Assembly (NCBI GenBank): GCA_038065455.1
Contig: JBBTQX010000004.1
Span: 71,157-130,941, forward strand
Source of the DNA: Patescibacteria group bacterium
GTDB taxonomy: Bacteria; Patescibacteriota; Minisyncoccia; UBA6257; GWB1-50-10
DNA length: 59,785 bases
Reading direction: 5' to 3'
Under the pieces are notes generated by a model that saw nothing but the letters and a program-made list of their open reading frames with translations, was not told the DNA's origin and did not search any database. Positions 57,873-59,785 of the stretch are shown in pieces. The stretch's first letter is position 1, and the number at the start of each line of letters is the position of its first letter. The position numbers and the translations under genes were made by a program.

Positions 57873-59429
57873 ATGACCAAGAAACCGGTAGTTTTGGCGA
57901 TTTTGGACGGGTGGGGGATCGGTAAGCTGGATGAATCGAATCCGATCTACCGCGCTGAACCTCCAACCATGAATTTCATCCGCGCCAACTTTCCGGCCGG
58001 AGCTCTTCAATCATCCGGCATTGCTATCGGCCTTCCGTGGGAGGAGGAGGGAAACAGCGAAGTCGGCCACCTTACAATCGGGGCGGGCAAAGTCCTTTAT
58101 CAGCATTTTCCCAGAATATCGCTCGCAATCAAGAACGGCAGTTTTTTTAAAAACAGCGTTCTTCTCACAGCTATGGAGCACGCGAAAAAAAATAATTCCA
58201 CTCTCCATTTGATGGGGCTTCTGACCGATGCCAATGTCCATGCATCTCTCGAGCATTTGGAAGCGCTTATAAAAATGGCGCGGGAGGAAAAGTGCCCGAA
58301 TATCTCCCTTCATCTTTTTTCGGATGGCCGTGACACCGACCCAAGTTCTGTTTTGAAGATTTTAGCCGGGCTTTCGGATGACCTTAAATTCGATGCCCGC
58401 TCTATTCTCGCGACCCTGACCGGAAGGTATTATGCGATGGACAGGGACAAGCATTGGGACCGGACGGAAAAAACCTATCAAACTTTGACGGGAGCGAATC
58501 CGGTAAAAATCGGTTTGGAAGAAGCGGTTAAAAAAGCCTATAGTCTCAATTTAAATGATGAATATATTGAGCCGTCGATAGTCGCTAATGAACCGCGCTT
58601 CATTGGGGAAAACGATGCCGTTATTTGTTTCAATTTTCGCGAGGATCGGATGCGCCAACTTTCCGAAACTTTCATCGATCCGAATTTCGGCGTTTTTCCT
58701 GTGAAGAAATTTACCAATCTTTTTTTCGCGACTTTCACGAACTATGATGCCCGATTCGCCGTTCCGATCGCTTTTCCGGAAGAAGCGGCGGAAAATCCGC
58801 TAGGCAAGGTGCTTTCGGATAACGGCAAGCGCCAGTTGCGGATTGCCGAGACCGAAAAATATGCTCACGTCACTTATTTTTTTAATGGTCTCAAGGAAAA
58901 ACCTTTTCCGGATGAATTCCGAATTCTCGTGCCATCGGAGAATGCCGTCCATTACGAACAGTATCCGCAAATGATGGCCGGGGCCGTGACTGATCGGGTG
59001 ATCGCAGCGCTCGCAGAAGGGACCTACGATTTTATTCTGGTGAACTATGCCAATCCCGATATGGTGGCGCACACGGGCAATTATGAGGCGACGCTGAAGG
59101 CGATTTCGATCGTCGATCAGGGAATCAAAAGAATAATGGAAAGTGTTTTGGACCAGGACGGCGTGCTTCTCATAACTTCCGATCACGGGAACGCCGAGGT
59201 GCTGCTCGATCTGAAGACGGGCGAGCCGGAAACGAAGCACAATCCGAACCCAGTTCCGTTTTATCTGGTGGGGAAGCGTTTCAGAAAACGTTCTCCCGTG
59301 GATTCGCTCGCGCCCTTGCCGGTCATCGGAATTTTGTCCGATATCGCTCCGACGATTTTGGAATTGATGAAAATACCCCAGCCGCTCGAAATGACCGGGC
59401 AGAGCCTACTCCCGCAATTATTGAGTTAA
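57873..59429 (+). CDS. gpmI: 2,3-bisphosphoglycerate-independent phosphoglycerate mutase
   Basis: 518 aa with GNSEVGHLTIGAG and TSDHGN motifs. Confidence 0.93.
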   Translation: MTKKPVVLAILDGWGIGKLDESNPIYRAEPPTMNFIRANFPAGALQSSGIAIGLPWEEEGNSEVGHLTIGAGKVLYQHFPRISLAIKNGSFFKNSVLLTAMEHAKKNNSTLHLMGLLTDANVHASLEHLEALIKMAREEKCPNISLHLFSDGRDTDPSSVLKILAGLSDDLKFDARSILATLTGRYYAMDRDKHWDRTEKTYQTLTGANPVKIGLEEAVKKAYSLNLNDEYIEPSIVANEPRFIGENDAVICFNFREDRMRQLSETFIDPNFGVFPVKKFTNLFFATFTNYDARFAVPIAFPEEAAENPLGKVLSDNGKRQLRIAETEKYAHVTYFFNGLKEKPFPDEFRILVPSENAVHYEQYPQMMAGAVTDRVIAALAEGTYDFILVNYANPDMVAHTGNYEATLKAISIVDQGIKRIMESVLDQDGVLLITSDHGNAEVLLDLKTGEPETKHNPNPVPFYLVGKRFRKRSPVDSLAPLPVIGILSDIAPTILELMKIPQPLEMTGQSLLPQLLS

Positions 59430-59544
59430 AAAATCCAAGTAAATATTTGACTTTATATCTAAATTATTGTAATGTTTAAATATTCCTAAAACTTAGGAAA
59501 GCACCTAAACAATTTCATTTACCAACAAAGAAAGGATGGCTCCG

Positions 59545-59785
59545 ATGAAAACTTCACTGGCTCCGTCTATCACTACCCGAGACTCCAAAGGTCTCAAATT
59601 CATGTCTATTGTTGAGGCCGCCTATAACAAAGCCGGTCTTTTCGAAGATGAAGCACAACGTGTGAACGAAGCTCCGGGCTTATCTGAGCTCGTCAGCAAC
59701 TTCGTTAACGAAAACCGTACCACTAACCGTTTCTCCAACGAAGAAATGTCGTCGAAATACGGATACCTCTCCGGATACAAACCGA
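59545..59785 (+). CDS. N-terminal fragment of a hypothetical protein (runs off the window)
   Basis: The frame is open to the window edge (MKTSLAPSITTRDSKGLKFMSIVEAAYNKAGLFEDEAQ...). AAAGGA lies 8 nt upstream, with a TTGACT-17-TAATGT promoter at about 59448-59476. An alternative ATG is at 59536. Confidence 0.5.
   Translation, partial: MKTSLAPSITTRDSKGLKFMSIVEAAYNKAGLFEDEAQRVNEAPGLSELVSNFVNENRTTNRFSNEEMSSKYGYLSGYKP

Noticed and set aside
1-59785. Alternative genetic code (UGA recoding, as in some CPR lineages)
   Set aside because: Conserved genes terminate at TGA, TAA and TAG at the expected lengths, and ATGA start/stop overlaps are used. There are no in-frame TGA interruptions of conserved proteins.

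Overview
This is 59.8 kb of a gene-dense bacterial chromosome using the standard genetic code. It most likely comes from a small-genome Candidate Phyla Radiation / Patescibacteria (Parcubacteria-like) organism. That placement is an inference from gene content: a T4SS-pilin-like protein, bifunctional PGI/PMI, short holA, minimal metabolism and many tiny intergenic gaps. The window holds the replication-origin neighbourhood (jag-yidC-rnpA-rpmH divergent from dnaA-dnaN) followed by housekeeping genes. These include PBP1A, ruvC/ruvB/ruvA, polA, tsaE, fpg, holA, Mur ligase, murB, rpsT, infC-rpmI-rplT, smpB plus tmRNA, argS, ileS, trpS, RNase J, RNase Y, HU, secG, gpmI, an ECF sigma module and three tRNAs. 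I found no CRISPR array, rRNA, transposase or recognisable defence system. Five observations deserve a second look. (1) A multi-copy family of about 120-145 nt inverted-repeat elements forms or fills the leaders of rpsT, rpmI, trpS and gpmI. Shorter or degenerate relatives lie near ruvC and the sigma gene. The closing stems end 0-10 nt from the start codons, and compensatory base changes occur between copies. (2) An apparently intact histidine-phosphatase (RHG...SHE) domain of about 200 aa is inserted inside the catalytic core of IleRS. (3) A secreted protein is built from six 4-Cys modules plus a Q/N/G/P-rich tail. (4) A ClpC-like AAA+ protein is membrane-anchored. (5) Several small-scale rearrangement scars and recurrent motifs are present: tRNA-Arg fragments, a 368-bp insertion flanked by direct repeats, an AAGGTCGGAA motif bracketing hup, and many TATAAT-N6-7-ATG leaderless-type promoters.
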